A stretch of 64,000 nucleotides of DNA from positions 186,001-250,000 of the forward strand of contig JAYWIR010000054.1 in NCBI GenBank assembly GCA_036172245.1. Direction: 5' to 3'. Each line of letters starts with the position of its first letter. Position 1 is the stretch's first letter. The notes beneath the pieces are model-generated. The model searched no databases. It was not told where the DNA came from and was given only the letters and a program-made list of their open reading frames with translations. Shown here one piece after another: positions 60,581 through 64,000 of this stretch. The translations under genes were made by a program, and so were the position numbers. This DNA is from Raillietiella orientalis. Taxonomy: Eukaryota.

Positions 60581-63500
60581 AGGGAGATTCTCACGTCCGA
60601 ACGCAGAGCGCAGGAAGCCTTGGATCCCGCTCTTCTGGAGTAGCTGCCCTCACGAGCGAGCGCTCAATTCCTCCGGAAGTTGAACTTTCCTGAACGCACG
60701 CGCCCTTCCGTGCTCGGGCGATTTCCTTTCGGAAGGAAAGCAAGGTGTGGGTCGCTGAGCCTTGGCGACTGATTCCTCGGAGGCACAACCTCACAATTGG
60801 TTTTCGCATCCGCAACCAAATTTTCATGCCTTTAGTGCTTCTCTCCCTAGAGAAGTTCTCAAGGGATTCATCCTCTCGGTTCAAAAATTGATCGGCAGCC
60901 GAACCCGGAAGTATCCTTGTCGTCTGAGCAGCTGATCGGCGACGCAGTTACATGCGGAAGGAGCAGAGAAGCCTCCTCGTAGGAAACCGAACGCTCCTTC
61001 CGGTTCTTACATTCGTCCTAAGAAGGCGACCAATGCGGCGTTCCTGTTTTGGCTCGTGGAGTCAGGAAGGCCGGAGACAAGGTGTACGAAATCCCTGATG
61101 CCCTTTCCTCGTAGTGCAGCCATATCCGAGGACAGATCCCTCCATTTCAGATCAATTGCTGGAGCTTCAAATGAAGGCGCTTTGGAATTTCCGGGTGACG
61201 TTGATTGCCTGGGGAACGCGGAAGACCTTGCAAGTTCGCCCGTTCTTCCTGAAATTCGCAGTGCAGCTCGTCGTCTCTAGCAGACACCACTGTGAGCAGT
61301 CACGGAGGACCCATCTCGTTTGGTCGCGGCTCCTGCAGCGAGTGGTGGGGAAGCATCCTTTCAGATTTCCACCACTTTATCCTAGCAGGTGAAGGAGAGA
61401 ATGCATTCCCAACTCATGTCCTTGCTCTGCTGGCTCACGCCCCCCTTCTCACGTGCTGCTTCTTCTGCTCCGGAGCTTCCAAGTTCTTCGTGCCTGTCGT
61501 CGTTCCAGAGATCCCACCACTGGACAAATGAGGAGCTAAATCGAGGAAGGTGAATCAGGATGAACACTGACTGAATGGTGATGAATTCTAGAGGTGTTCG
61601 CTCGGGGAAAAGAACTGGAGTATTATGAGGATTAGAAGGGACGGAAAGGTGTTGAGGAATAGAGTACGAGACAGTGAGCGGGGGTGCCTGTCTTTTGGAA
61701 GAGCGCCATGCGTTGAAATGGATTCAGGGAGTAGGCAGAGAGAGATGGTAGGCATTTGGTGGTAGGTGAGTTGATTGCGTCAGCGACAGCTTGTTGCAGT
61801 TGTTGTGTCTGCTTTCCCTGCCCCGGAGCGCCTGGTTGAGGTTGCCGATCGTGCACTTGGCTGGGTCATCAGGGTGACGGAATCTCAACGGGGATGCGGT
61901 ATTCGAGAAGTGGAGTTTGTTTTGGTGTAGATGGAGAGGATGAGGAAGTCAGTTGCTCCGTATCATATAAGGAAGAGATGTTTACTCGACCGCCTTCCCT
62001 GGTCATGACGAACCTGCTGAAGAATGTCCTCCGAACAGCAGTACCATGCAGATGCTGAAAATGAACCACAAACTGGCAGAGACTTCGAGGGTACATGCTA
62101 CCTGCACAGCTAATGTGGGATGAAGTCGACCAAACTTGACAGATGGTGAAGACTTCATTCTTTCATCTCTTTGCTTTCTCCATACGATGTTTAGGTTACC
62201 AATGAATCGATAAATGGGTGCGTGGAAATTCTTAGACTATTTGTCACATTTCCGGCTTACTGTAACGAGTGCCCAACTGCCACTGATTCATCCCTCAATA
62301 AGCATCTCTGAAACAACTTTCCAAATTTTTTTTCCTCAAAAGCCGCATGCGTGAAATCCAGGTTGCATGCTCAGTGGATAGTGTCTTCATTTTGTTAACT
62401 CTTTTGCTGATCCAGGGGCCACTTTTTCACTTCTCACCTGTCACCGTAGCTTTCCATCTTCCCATCTCTTCAAAAATGTGCAGATGGAGGCTCCAAACCA
62501 GTTTCCGGAATCCTTACGTGCGGAGCAAAAAGGCATTCAGCGTTGCACCATCAACAGATTTCTAAGAATCTTTCTTTTCGAGTTCCAGACAGAATCATCA
62601 ACTGCTAAAACACAGAAGTTTTACAGCCGGCGGGACGACAGCAGGACCCATAGGAAGCATCCAGAGAATTTGCTCTTTTCCCTTGCATGGAGCTCCAGCT
62701 GAAATCGGGAAGGAGCAAAGAGCCTTTAAACAGCGGATTCCCAGCAATCGGTGAACCTATTTATCAATCCTCGCATCCCGGAAAGATTTCGAGGCCAGAG
62801 GGGGACTTTGCGAAGGGAGGATTCCCTTTTGGAGGGTCAGAGTTTTCGCAGATTTCCTGAGACGCTTTTCGTCCATACGTGATGCAAGCTCTTAGCATCC
62901 CAGACTTGCTGACCTGACTCCAAGAGGAATTCTTCCTTCTCTTACGTTCTTTGAATCTGCTCATGTCCCAGCTCAGAAAACCGATCCTGAAAACCATTCT
63001 TCTTGAACAACAACAACCGATCAATGATAAGAGAATCGAGTGTTATCTGGTACTTAAGGCACTGACTTTTCCGAATCTGCGCTTCTCTTTCAAGTGTTTC
63101 GGCATCCTTAACTTTTCAGAAAAAGTTCCAACTCCGATCATCTGGAGCATCTCGACCACTAAACGAAGAGGCTGGTGTCCTCGGGGAAGATGCAAAGGAG
63201 GGAGAAAGTGGGAAACAAATCCTGCAGCGGTTAAGGGAATGCCTTTATTTCCTTGTTTCTTTTAGATGCAACAGAATCTCGAGATGGCACTTTGGAATAG
63301 GAACGAGAGATTTATTCGTGTGTTACTGTTCATCTGTTTCACCCTCAGATGCATCAGTTCATGGAACCTAAGCTCTCACGATGACGGAAGCTATCAGACA
63401 TTTCAGGATTTGCACAGCTTCTAGAAGGAGCAGCTCAGAATTTCCAGCTCATCAGCTTCTCGTCTGAGATGGTTCCAGTTCATTTCCCGGAAGAGCTGGA

Positions 63501-64000
63501 TGCTGCCCTATGTCATCTCCTTAAAACTCAGGGCACAACTTCGCTTGACTTCGAATTCCTTCAGCATCTTGCCGTCTCCCGGGTTCCATTCTCCTAAGGA
63601 TCATACGACGATAGCCCGTACCAAGGCAGGCGCTACTCCTTCATCGTCACTCTGTGTAGGAGTTCAGCTACATTTGTCCCCCTTCTTCTTCCTAAAATCT
63701 TCTGGATCCGCTGAGTTGCATTCAGACGGCAGCTCACATAGAATTATTTGTGAACTCGCCTCTCTTTGCAAGAGATCAGAGGTAGGAATCCACTTCCAGA
63801 GGCCGGTTGATTGGAAGCGGTAAGCGCTTAGTTTTCCGTCTTCATCCTTTTCGATTGGTTTGCCAACTTGCCATGATGATGGGTGATGTCAGGGTGGCAG
63901 GTCTTCTGCCAGAAGACCGGTCGGTAAACCAGAGATGACTCCATGTGCCACCAAGCTCCTTGATGGATGGGTGGCTGACCATCTTGTGGACGGGACCTCA

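Noticed and set aside
42800..64000. Linked Wnt5 or another gene upstream of Wnt7
   Set aside because: No Wnt or other recognisable exon motifs found; the ORFs appear spurious or too decayed to call.

Overview
Eukaryotic (invertebrate, probably arthropod; inferred) genomic DNA. The one firmly supported gene is a complete five-exon Wnt7 on the minus strand (CDS 38617->12960, 1059 nt, 352 aa) with canonical GT-AG introns in consistent phase, including an 18-kb intron 2 and a 63-nt intron 4. Most other ORFs in the track are spurious GC-rich frames or decayed transposon pieces. Recognisable pieces: a non-LTR RT fragment, a piggyBac transposase 3' end, L1/Tx1-like LINE 3' ends with a covarying 3' stem-loop, a ~940-bp mariner derivative with ~380-bp inverted arms nested in one of those LINEs, a dispersed tRNA-headed SINE-like family with cUUCGg subrepeats, a gypsy gag remnant, a decayed C2H2 zinc-finger piece and two foldback elements. 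The AT-rich 3.9-8.3 kb segment has several very short splice-bounded exons with no shared ORF and hairpin-rich introns. It may be a non-coding (snoRNA/miRNA host-like) transcript, but this is unproven. No CRISPR or prokaryotic system was seen. All alignments and folds were done by eye.
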